Part shown: positions 35,445 through 43,549 of the stretch, piece by piece
Numbering within the stretch: position 1 is the first letter of the stretch
How the letters are laid out: each line of letters starts with the position of its first letter
NCBI GenBank assembly: GCA_041746975.1
Contig: JBGTGB010000058.1
Location: 3,855-67,854, forward strand
Direction: 5' to 3'
DNA length: 64,000 nucleotides
Origin: Haliea sp.
Lineage (GTDB): Bacteria; Pseudomonadota; Gammaproteobacteria; Pseudomonadales; Halieaceae
Notes under the pieces: model-generated
What the model saw: the letters and a program-made list of their open reading frames with translations, nothing else
Told to the model about the DNA's origin: nothing
Databases searched by the model: none
Made by a program: the position numbers and the translations under genes

Positions 35445-37850
35445 ATGTTGCTGTCGATTCTCCTTTTCCTGGTTTTGGTGATCGCTGTGCTCTGGTACCG
35501 CCCGACATTGGTGGTCGGTTCTGCGATTGTGGCTGTCGGCACGCTGTTGCTGACCGAACTGCACGGGGGCATGTGGCTGATACTTCTGTTGGTGCTGGGC
35601 GTCATCGCCCTGCTCAATGTTGAGCAATGGCGTCGCCACTATCTGGTCGCACCGGTCTACGCCATGCTGCGCAAGGCCATGCCGCCAATGAGCATCACCG
35701 AGCGCGAGGCCCTGGAAGCGGGCACGACCTGGTGGGAAAAGGACTTGTTCAGTGGCAGGCCGGACTGGCATCGTTTCGCAGCTATCCAGCCACCGGTGCT
35801 GAGTGACAAGGAACAGGCATTTCTGGACAACGAGGCCAACGAGCTTTGCGCCATGATCGACGAGTGGGACGTGCACCAGCGTCAGGACCTGTCGCCTGAG
35901 GTCTGGGACTACCTGCGTCAGAAAGGATTTTTCGGCCTGATCATCCCCGAGTCCTATGGCGGACGGGATTTCAGCCCGTACGCCCAGAGCCGCATCATGA
36001 GCAAGATTGCGAGCCGCTCAATTACCGCGGCGGTCACCGCGATGGTGCCCAATTCCTTGGGCCCAGGCGAGCTGCTGGTCAAATACGGCACCGAGGAACA
36101 GAAGCAGCGCTGGCTCCCGGGCCTGGCGGACGGTTCGGAACTGCCCTGTTTCGGCCTGACCGGTCCCGAGGCGGGATCGGATGCGGGGGCGATTCCGGAC
36201 ATCGGTCTGGTCTGCAGGGGCGAATTCGAAGGGGAGGAAGTGCTGGGCCTGCGGCTCAATTTTCACAAGCGCTGGATTACGCTGGCACCGGTGGCCACGG
36301 TCGTGGGTCTCGCATTCCAGTTACGCGATCCTGATGGTCTCCTGGGCGATCCGCACACGGTCGACTACGGGATAACCTGCTGCCTGCTGCCCGCCGACTA
36401 CCCGGGTGTGGAGATCGGGCGCCGCCACAATCCGGGGGCGCCGTTCATGAACGGTCCCATCATGGGTAAGGACGTGTTTATTCCGGTGGACTGGATCATC
36501 GGTGGACCGGCGATGGCGGGCAAGGGCTGGCGGATGCTGATTGAGTGCCTGGGTGCGGGCCGCGGTGTGTCCCTGCCGGCGCTGTCCACCGCCAGCGGCG
36601 AGATGTGCTACCTGATGGTGGGTGCCTATGCGCGCATCCGCCGCCAGTTCAACATGGAAGTAGGTAAGTTCGAGGGTGTGCAGGAGGCGACCGCAGAGAT
36701 AGCCGCCGGTGCCTACACCCTGGAAGCCATGCGCGAGATGGTCACTCGCGGTCTTGAGGATGGTACGCCTTCGGTGATGACCGCCATGGCCAAATACCAC
36801 GCCACCGAGCTGATGCGGACGCTGGTCAACCACGGCATGGACGTGGTTGGCGGCCGCGGCATTCAACTTGGCCCGCGCAATTTCCTCGGCGCCAGCTACC
36901 AGGCGCTGCCGGTGGGGATCACGGTCGAGGGCGCCAACATCCTCACCCGTTCGCTGATGATCTTCGGCCAGGGCGCGATGCGCTGCCACCCCTATCTGTT
37001 CGATGAGATGCAGACTCTGGAGGCAGAGGAAACCCACGAGGGTGAGCGCGAATTTGAACCCCTGCTCATGCAACACCTGGGACACATCAGCAGCAACCTG
37101 GCGCGGCTGGTAGTGCTGGGTTTAAGTGCATCGCTCTTGAGTTCGGTACCCTCTGGAGCCGATGCGTTCAGCCGCCGCTGGTACCAGCGCATCAACCACC
37201 TGAGTGCGGCGTTGGCTACCTGTGCCGATGTCGCCCTGGGTATTCTCGGCGGTGATCTCAAGCGCCGCGAATTGCTTTCGGCGCGTCTGGGGGATGTTCA
37301 CAGCCAGCTGTTCATCTCCAGCAGCCTGCTGAAATTCCACGCCACCCAGCCGCGTAGCGAGGAGGGGGATGCCCACGCGGCCTACGCTCTGCAGCACTCT
37401 CTGTTCGCAGCCCAGGAGGCTCTGCTCGCCTACTGTGATAACTTTCAGCCGCGTGCGCTGGGGCTGCTGATGCGGGTCCTGTGCCTGCCGCTGGGGCGGA
37501 TTTTCCGGCCGCCGAATGATGATCAGATTCGCGAACTGGGGACGCTCATCATGGAACCCAATGCGGTACGCGAGATGCTGGCGACACACGTGTACCTGAG
37601 CCAGGACCCGGAGGATGCGGTAGGCCGGGTGGAAACCACCTTCCAGATGTTGCTGCAGGTGGACCAATCGTTCCAGGCCCTGCACCGCGCCTGGCGCAAG
37701 GGTGATTTCGAGGCTGAGACTCTGGACGAGGCCTTACAGGCGGCGGTGGATAAGGCAATTATTCGCGCCGAGGACGTGGAGCCATTGCGCGAATACGACG
37801 CCCGCCGCTTCGACTGTGTGCTGACCGACCACTTTGAAAGCCTGCAGTGA
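35445..37850 (+). CDS. fadE: Long-form acyl-CoA dehydrogenase, FadE type
   Basis: N-terminal TM pair, EALEAGTTWWE, MVPNSLGPGELL, GSDAGAIPD, ITVEGANILTRSL, C-terminal DUF1974-like region. Confidence 0.9.
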   Translation: MLLSILLFLVLVIAVLWYRPTLVVGSAIVAVGTLLLTELHGGMWLILLLVLGVIALLNVEQWRRHYLVAPVYAMLRKAMPPMSITEREALEAGTTWWEKDLFSGRPDWHRFAAIQPPVLSDKEQAFLDNEANELCAMIDEWDVHQRQDLSPEVWDYLRQKGFFGLIIPESYGGRDFSPYAQSRIMSKIASRSITAAVTAMVPNSLGPGELLVKYGTEEQKQRWLPGLADGSELPCFGLTGPEAGSDAGAIPDIGLVCRGEFEGEEVLGLRLNFHKRWITLAPVATVVGLAFQLRDPDGLLGDPHTVDYGITCCLLPADYPGVEIGRRHNPGAPFMNGPIMGKDVFIPVDWIIGGPAMAGKGWRMLIECLGAGRGVSLPALSTASGEMCYLMVGAYARIRRQFNMEVGKFEGVQEATAEIAAGAYTLEAMREMVTRGLEDGTPSVMTAMAKYHATELMRTLVNHGMDVVGGRGIQLGPRNFLGASYQALPVGITVEGANILTRSLMIFGQGAMRCHPYLFDEMQTLEAEETHEGEREFEPLLMQHLGHISSNLARLVVLGLSASLLSSVPSGADAFSRRWYQRINHLSAALATCADVALGILGGDLKRRELLSARLGDVHSQLFISSSLLKFHATQPRSEEGDAHAAYALQHSLFAAQEALLAYCDNFQPRALGLLMRVLCLPLGRIFRPPNDDQIRELGTLIMEPNAVREMLATHVYLSQDPEDAVGRVETTFQMLLQVDQSFQALHRAWRKGDFEAETLDEALQAAVDKAIIRAEDVEPLREYDARRFDCVLTDHFESLQ

Positions 37851-38038
37851 CCGCAGCGCGATCGGCGGATCTGGCGTTACCGAGAACGGTGGCAGGTACC
37901 ATGGCGTCATCGACATGAATTCTTTCTTGCCAAAATCTGTAGTGGGTTTATAGTCGGCCGGTCAGTGGCGCAGGCGCGCATGGTTTTTGGGAGATGAGCC
38001 TGCAGTCATTATCGCTAATTATCATAAGGGAAACTTTT

Positions 38039-41035
38039 ATGAAGTTGATAACCGCATTGGCGGCACTGCCGCTGGGCGTGGCTCTCGTTGCCGGGTCTAC
38101 AGCCGTTGCCCAACCACCACAGGTGCCGGATGGCGCCGCGCTCGCAGCGGCCCTCCCGGCGGATCTCGTCAAGAAACAGGGAGTCTATATCGTGCGGATG
38201 GCGGACAGCCCCGTCGCCGCCTACCAGGGTGGTGTTCAAGGACTGCGCGCCACCAAGCCCGGCAAGAACCGTAAGTTGAATCCGCGGGATCCCGCCGTAG
38301 TGGCCTATGCAGACTACCTGGCAGCGCGCCAGAACGAAGCCATCGTCCGGGTCGGTGCCAAGAAGTTGTATAGCTACAAATATAGCTATAACGGCTTCGC
38401 AGCAGAATTGACCTCGGGCCAGGCTCAGGCGCTGCGCAATCTGCCGGGCGTGATTTCGGTAACACCGGACACCCTGTTGCAGCCCGATACCATCACAACC
38501 AGTGACATGTTGCAGCTGGAAGCGGGTCTCTGGAGCGAGCTCGGTGGGGTGGAAAATGCCGGAGAAGGTATCATCGTCGGGATTATCGACTCCGGAGTCT
38601 GGCCGGAAAGTGCCAGCTTTTCCGATCGCAGCGGTGTCAACAAAAATGGCAAGGGCGGCAAGCTCGATTACCGGCAGATTCCGGGCTGGCACGGCAAGTG
38701 CACCCCCGGTGACGAATTCCCCGCCTCGAAGTGCAACCAGAAGCTGATCGGTGCCCAGTGGTTCAATGCCGGTTTCGGCGGTGACGCGGGGGTACGTGCA
38801 CAGTTCCCCTATGAATACGCCTCGGCGCGGGATGCCGATGGCCATGGCACTCACACTGCCTCGACCGCGGCGGGCAATGCCAATGTGCCGGTATCGATCG
38901 CCGGCAACGATATGGGTTTCGCTAGCGGCATGGCGCCGCGGGCAAGGGTCTCTGTCTATAAGACCTGTTGGGGCCGAGGTGGCGAGGGTGGCTGCTTTTC
39001 CAGTGACAGCGTGGCTGCAATCGACCAGGCAGTAATCGACGGCGTGGATGTTATCAATTTCTCGATTAGTGGTTCCCGGACCAGTTTCCTGGACCAGGTT
39101 GAAGTAGCTTTTCTTTTCGCGGCCGACGCAGGTGTATTTGTCGCCGCCTCCGCTGGCAACTCCGGCCCGACGGCGAGCACGGTGGCCCACAACAGTCCCT
39201 GGCTGACCACGGTGGCGGCGGGTACTCATGACCGCGGCTTTGAGCCGGCATTTGTCACTACGGGCGAGGGCCAAAAATATCTGGGGATCACTTCCGGTTC
39301 CGGCACCAACTTGCTGCCGCTGGTTTTTGCCGGGGACGTAACCCTGGCGGGCGCAGATCCCACGGAGGGCGTATTGTGCTACCCGGGAACGCTGGAACCC
39401 GCCAAAGTTGAGGGCAGGATTGTCCTCTGTGATCGCGGCGATATTGCCCGGGTGGAGAAGAGCCGGGCAGTATCGCTGGCGGGGGGCTTGGGCATGGTTC
39501 TGGCCAATACCAGCGCCGGGCAATCGCTCAATGCTGATTTCCACGTAGTGCCTTCCATCCATGTCAATGATACAAATGGTGCGGCGTTACGCGCCTATAT
39601 CGCGTCTGCCCAGGATCCCTTGGCAAGTATTGATGCGAGCGTTCCCGCGATTGTCGAGGCCTCTGAGGTCGCAGGTTTCTCCTCCCGCGGCCCGGCGCTG
39701 GCCGGTAGCGGTGACATCCTCAAGCCCGACATCATGGCTCCGGGGGTGGATGTGATCGCCGCAGTTTCTCCGGCGGGCTACAACGGCAATACCTTTGACG
39801 CGTTGAGCGGCACCTCCATGTCCAGTCCGCACATGGCTGGCTTGGGCGCGCTGATGAAACAGCGATACCCGGACTGGTCCCCGGCGGCCATCAAGTCCGC
39901 CTTCATGACCACTGCGACCCAGAAAACCAACGACGGTAACTTCATTGCCGGCGGTCCTTTTGACTACGGTGCAGGTTTTGTAGTACCCAATCGGGCTGCC
40001 AACCCTGGCCTTGTGTACGATGCTGGTTTCACCGACTGGCTGGGATTCCTCTGTGGTACCGGCGATGTGAGCGCACCTTACTGTGCAAGCCTCGGCAAGG
40101 ACCCCAGTGACCTTAACTACCCGTCCATCGCGATAGGGTCCCTGGTCGGATCACAGACTGTGACCCGCACGGTAACCAACGTCGGCGAGGCTGGGACCTA
40201 CGAGGTAGAAGTTTGGGATCTCGATGGTATCGATGTCACTGTTGAGCCGGCGAGCCTGATTCTTGGCAAGGGCGGGCAGGGCACTTACACCGTGACCCTG
40301 AGAAACGTCACTGCTCCGCTCAAGGCGTACGCCAACGGCGCAATTGTCTGGAATGATGGCAACGGTAACAGTGTCCGCTCTCCCGTTGTGGCACGGCCAG
40401 TTGAGATTGATGTCCCGGCTGCTGTGAGTGGAGCAGGGATTTTTGGGAGCCTCTCTTTTGACGTCGCCTTCGGTTATACCGGAGAGTACTCAGTGCGGCC
40501 ATTGGGTCTGCAAGCGGCGACGGAGATCCCTGGCAATGTGGTGGACGATCCGGCTAACGACATCAATACCGCCCTCGGGTCCGGTGTCGGGGTAACCTTC
40601 CATAGTGTGAAGGTCGAGGCCGGCGCCGCGCTGCAGCGTATTGCCCTGTTCGATGATTACACCGATGGCAACGATGATCTGGACTTGTACGTGTACAACG
40701 GTGACACCGGTAGGTACGTGGGCGGGAGCTTTTCGGGCACCAGCGCCGAACAAGTGGATATTATCAATCCGACCGCATCAACCTACCTCGTCGTTGTCCA
40801 CGGCTGGGAAACCGATGGCCCGGATGCCAACTACACGCTATTCAGCTGGTCCGTCGCAACGGACGAGGGGAATATGACCGTGACCGCACCCGACTCGGCG
40901 GTGTCCGGCACGTCAGGCTCGGTCATCGTCGACTGGACAGACCTGGGTCAACTTTCCAAGTATCTCGGTGTACTCTCGCACCAGAATGCTGAAGGCGAGA
41001 TCGCTCGCACGGTGATTTCGGTGGATACCGACTAG
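38039..41035 (+). CDS. Secreted S8 subtilase (I9 prodomain, PA domain, Fn3-like and C-terminal beta domains)
   Basis: IIDSGVWPES (Asp), DGHGTHTASTAAG (His), GTSMSSPH (Ser), YSYKYSYNGFAA prodomain, KPDIMAPG, DLNYPSI. Confidence 0.95.
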   Translation: MKLITALAALPLGVALVAGSTAVAQPPQVPDGAALAAALPADLVKKQGVYIVRMADSPVAAYQGGVQGLRATKPGKNRKLNPRDPAVVAYADYLAARQNEAIVRVGAKKLYSYKYSYNGFAAELTSGQAQALRNLPGVISVTPDTLLQPDTITTSDMLQLEAGLWSELGGVENAGEGIIVGIIDSGVWPESASFSDRSGVNKNGKGGKLDYRQIPGWHGKCTPGDEFPASKCNQKLIGAQWFNAGFGGDAGVRAQFPYEYASARDADGHGTHTASTAAGNANVPVSIAGNDMGFASGMAPRARVSVYKTCWGRGGEGGCFSSDSVAAIDQAVIDGVDVINFSISGSRTSFLDQVEVAFLFAADAGVFVAASAGNSGPTASTVAHNSPWLTTVAAGTHDRGFEPAFVTTGEGQKYLGITSGSGTNLLPLVFAGDVTLAGADPTEGVLCYPGTLEPAKVEGRIVLCDRGDIARVEKSRAVSLAGGLGMVLANTSAGQSLNADFHVVPSIHVNDTNGAALRAYIASAQDPLASIDASVPAIVEASEVAGFSSRGPALAGSGDILKPDIMAPGVDVIAAVSPAGYNGNTFDALSGTSMSSPHMAGLGALMKQRYPDWSPAAIKSAFMTTATQKTNDGNFIAGGPFDYGAGFVVPNRAANPGLVYDAGFTDWLGFLCGTGDVSAPYCASLGKDPSDLNYPSIAIGSLVGSQTVTRTVTNVGEAGTYEVEVWDLDGIDVTVEPASLILGKGGQGTYTVTLRNVTAPLKAYANGAIVWNDGNGNSVRSPVVARPVEIDVPAAVSGAGIFGSLSFDVAFGYTGEYSVRPLGLQAATEIPGNVVDDPANDINTALGSGVGVTFHSVKVEAGAALQRIALFDDYTDGNDDLDLYVYNGDTGRYVGGSFSGTSAEQVDIINPTASTYLVVVHGWETDGPDANYTLFSWSVATDEGNMTVTAPDSAVSGTSGSVIVDWTDLGQLSKYLGVLSHQNAEGEIARTVISVDTD

Positions 41036-41054
41036 GCCACTGAGCAGTAAGCTC

Positions 41055-41082
41055 AAACCCGCGCCCTGCGCGGGTTTTTTTT
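41055..41082 (+). terminator. Intrinsic terminator
   Basis: AAACCCGCGC-CCT-GCGCGGGTTT followed by T-run. Confidence 0.85.
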
Positions 41083-41109
41083 GACATCGGCAGGGGCAAT
41101 AATAGGGCC

Positions 41110-41985
41110 ATGTTCGATCTCATCTCACAGCGCCTGTTCGCAACGCCGCCCGAGGAAACGCTCTATCACTATACAACCCTGAGCGGCCTGCTGGGTATCG
41201 TCGACAGCGCCGAGCTGCGCTGCAGTGATATCCGCTACATGAACGATTCCACTGAGCTACGCCACACGCTTGATCTGCTCGGGGAGCAGGTAACCCAGCG
41301 CATCGTAGCCGGGGTCGACAAGCCGGCCCTGCTGACTGCGTTTCTCGATTGGCTGACCCACCGGGTTGTGAGCGGGCCGATGTTGTTCTGTGCCTCTTTC
41401 CGTGGCAACGGCAATCTGCTGAGCCAGTGGCGCGGCTACAGCGTTCACGGCAAGGGGGTGAGTCTCGGATTCACGCCTGAACACTTACTGGATTGCGCGC
41501 GGCGTCAGCACTTCGAAGTCGGGCGTTGCGTGTATACGCCATCGCAACAGGAAAAAATGATCGATGAGATCATTGATGCGGTCGAGGCGTTGGCGGCAGA
41601 CAGCGATCAAAACCACGAGACGGCAGGTCAGAACCGCCGTTGGGTCCGTCGCTTTCAGACTATCGAGGGCGATTTGCTGCGCATCGCCGCAGTGCTCAAG
41701 CATCCCGCGTTTGAGGAAGAGCAGGAATGGCGTATTGTGTCGCCCATGATCGGCGATGTGACTGCTGCCAAAGCGCAGTTTCGCGAGGGCAATTCCATGT
41801 TGATTCCGTGGTATCCCCTCGATCTGCGCGACGAAGAGGGCCGGTTGGCCATCGAGCACGCTTTTCTCGGACCTACCGGCAATATCGACCTGTCAATGAA
41901 CTCACTGGCGCTGTATTTGCAGAGCCGCGGCGCATCGCCGCGCCGCGACATTACCTACTGCGATATCCCCTATCGCAAGCGCTGA
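41110..41985 (+). CDS. DUF2971 domain protein
   Basis: LYHYTT, YMNDSTE, LSQWRGYS, GVSLGF, LKHPAFEEEQEWRIV. Confidence 0.8.
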   Translation: MFDLISQRLFATPPEETLYHYTTLSGLLGIVDSAELRCSDIRYMNDSTELRHTLDLLGEQVTQRIVAGVDKPALLTAFLDWLTHRVVSGPMLFCASFRGNGNLLSQWRGYSVHGKGVSLGFTPEHLLDCARRQHFEVGRCVYTPSQQEKMIDEIIDAVEALAADSDQNHETAGQNRRWVRRFQTIEGDLLRIAAVLKHPAFEEEQEWRIVSPMIGDVTAAKAQFREGNSMLIPWYPLDLRDEEGRLAIEHAFLGPTGNIDLSMNSLALYLQSRGASPRRDITYCDIPYRKR

Positions 41986-41987
41986 GT

Positions 41988-42626
41988 CTACTCCGGTTGT
42001 GCGGGGGCCTGCTCGACGGGACGTTCCCGGTACCACTGGCTCATGTCGTCGTACAGTTCGCCTTTCAGCAGATACAAGGGAGACATGTGGTAGATCTTGA
42101 TATCGTGAAAAGGGTCAGTGATGATCTTGGTCGCCCAGACCAGGCCGGATTGCACCCCCTTGAGGAAAAACAGTTGCACGGTCCGAAAGACAACCGCGCC
42201 AACGCCGGTAAAGAACCAGAGGATCGCCGTGTTGTGCAGGAAGCCTTTGCTCACCTGATGGTCAGTGAGCAGTCCCATAAGATTCGGGCTCAGCCAGAGC
42301 AGGGCGGGCAGGGCTATCCAGACTGACAGTAGCACCACTTTGCGCTGCAGGTTGTAGCCCACCTTGACGCTTTCCTTGTACTCGTGGCTGGCCTGGTTCA
42401 CCTCGTCCCAGCTCTTGGGTTCAAAAAAGAAGTGGCCGATCTGGCGCAGGATCATGGCCAACAGCCATCCCACCATCACTGCCAGCACCGGGTCCACAAG
42501 GAGCAGCAGATAGCTGGCGATGAAGCAGCTGGCGCTGAGCAGGTGCAGCGACTGGTTGATCCGGTTGTGATGATAGTAGCGGTGGTCGTCCCAGCGCTGC
42601 TGGTGAAGTTCTTCAGCAAAGTTCAT
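41988..42626 (-). CDS. Mpo1/DUF962-like membrane protein
   Basis: YYHHNRINQSLH and RQIGHFFFEP His motifs around TM segments; ATGA overlap with psd. Confidence 0.6.
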   Translation of the reverse strand: MNFAEELHQQRWDDHRYYHHNRINQSLHLLSASCFIASYLLLLVDPVLAVMVGWLLAMILRQIGHFFFEPKSWDEVNQASHEYKESVKVGYNLQRKVVLLSVWIALPALLWLSPNLMGLLTDHQVSKGFLHNTAILWFFTGVGAVVFRTVQLFFLKGVQSGLVWATKIITDPFHDIKIYHMSPLYLLKGELYDDMSQWYRERPVEQAPAQPE

Positions 42627-43546
42627 GACAGTATCTCCGGTGGCGACGCAGTGTCTTGAGTGGGTGGAAGCTTTTCCCCGACCGCGTTTCGTTGCAGCAG
42701 GGCCTGTCCCATCTGCACGCGGCTGCCGGTCTCGGTGCCGGGGCAGAACTGGTGGTTACCGCGGGCAAACAGGATGATGGTGGAGCCATGTTGGAAATAG
42801 CCCAGTTCATCGCCCTTGCGCACGCTTACGCTACAGTTGATTCGCTCCGGCCCCTGGTAGCGCATGTCCAGGGCCGTTTCCAGGCAGTGCAGCTTGATGC
42901 TCGCAACGAGAATGGCAGCTACCGGTACCAGACATATAGCGCTGTCCGCATCCTCCGTATGCAGCGGCAGTACTGCCCGTTCATTCTTGCAGTAAAGCTT
43001 TTCAATGCGCTTCAAGGCGATCGGGTTGACGTTCCAGGTATCCCCGGAAATGTAGGTGACCTGCTCCAGTCTGCAGTCCACCGGTGCATGGAAACGATGG
43101 TACATGCTGGACGTGAGGCGCAGGGTAACGAAGACACCATCACGGTATTGTTCCTGCAGCTCCCGGTTTGGAATCAGATCCGCCAGTTCATAGGGAAAGC
43201 CTTTGGCCTGGAACAGGGTTGTGCCCATGATCCTGCCGCGGGCACCGACTATGGCATCGCAGGGACTGGTGACGACATCCGGCCTCATATCCACGGTTCT
43301 GGCGCCCGTCTTGAGTTCCCGCGTGAAGCAGGCCTGCAGGCTGTTGAAGCGCTGCTGTTTCGTCTCATCGAGGTTGAGATCATCAGCGAACAGACGCCAG
43401 AGTGCTATTGTGAGGCGGGTCAGCAGTGGGCTCTCGATACGGCTGAACCAGCCCAGGAACTGTGTTGCCAGCCTGCGGGGGATGCGGTTGGTCAGGAGGA
43501 AGTTGAGCTGCTCCTGCTGGCCCAATTGACGAATCAGCTGGTTCAT
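42623..43546 (-). CDS. psd: Phosphatidylserine decarboxylase family proenzyme
   Basis: FTRELK, SPCDA, YHRFHAP, NERAV, VAAILVASI, GDELGYFQHGST self-cleavage motif. Confidence 0.9.
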   Translation of the reverse strand: MNQLIRQLGQQEQLNFLLTNRIPRRLATQFLGWFSRIESPLLTRLTIALWRLFADDLNLDETKQQRFNSLQACFTRELKTGARTVDMRPDVVTSPCDAIVGARGRIMGTTLFQAKGFPYELADLIPNRELQEQYRDGVFVTLRLTSSMYHRFHAPVDCRLEQVTYISGDTWNVNPIALKRIEKLYCKNERAVLPLHTEDADSAICLVPVAAILVASIKLHCLETALDMRYQGPERINCSVSVRKGDELGYFQHGSTIILFARGNHQFCPGTETGSRVQMGQALLQRNAVGEKLPPTQDTASPPEILS

Positions 43547-43549
43547 GGC

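Noticed and set aside
38015-39562. Long antisense or alternate-frame ORFs (e.g. 38015-39562 -, 50171-51652 -, 32778-34004 +, 48478-49557 +, 59882-61018 +, 2512-3627 +, 6933-7928 +, 1392-2396 -)
   Set aside because: They lie opposite well-supported genes, show no family motifs and are the expected shadow of GC-rich codon usage
41110-41985. Defence island around DUF2971
   Set aside because: No restriction-modification, toxin-antitoxin, nuclease or mobility genes adjacent; kept only as a single-gene observation
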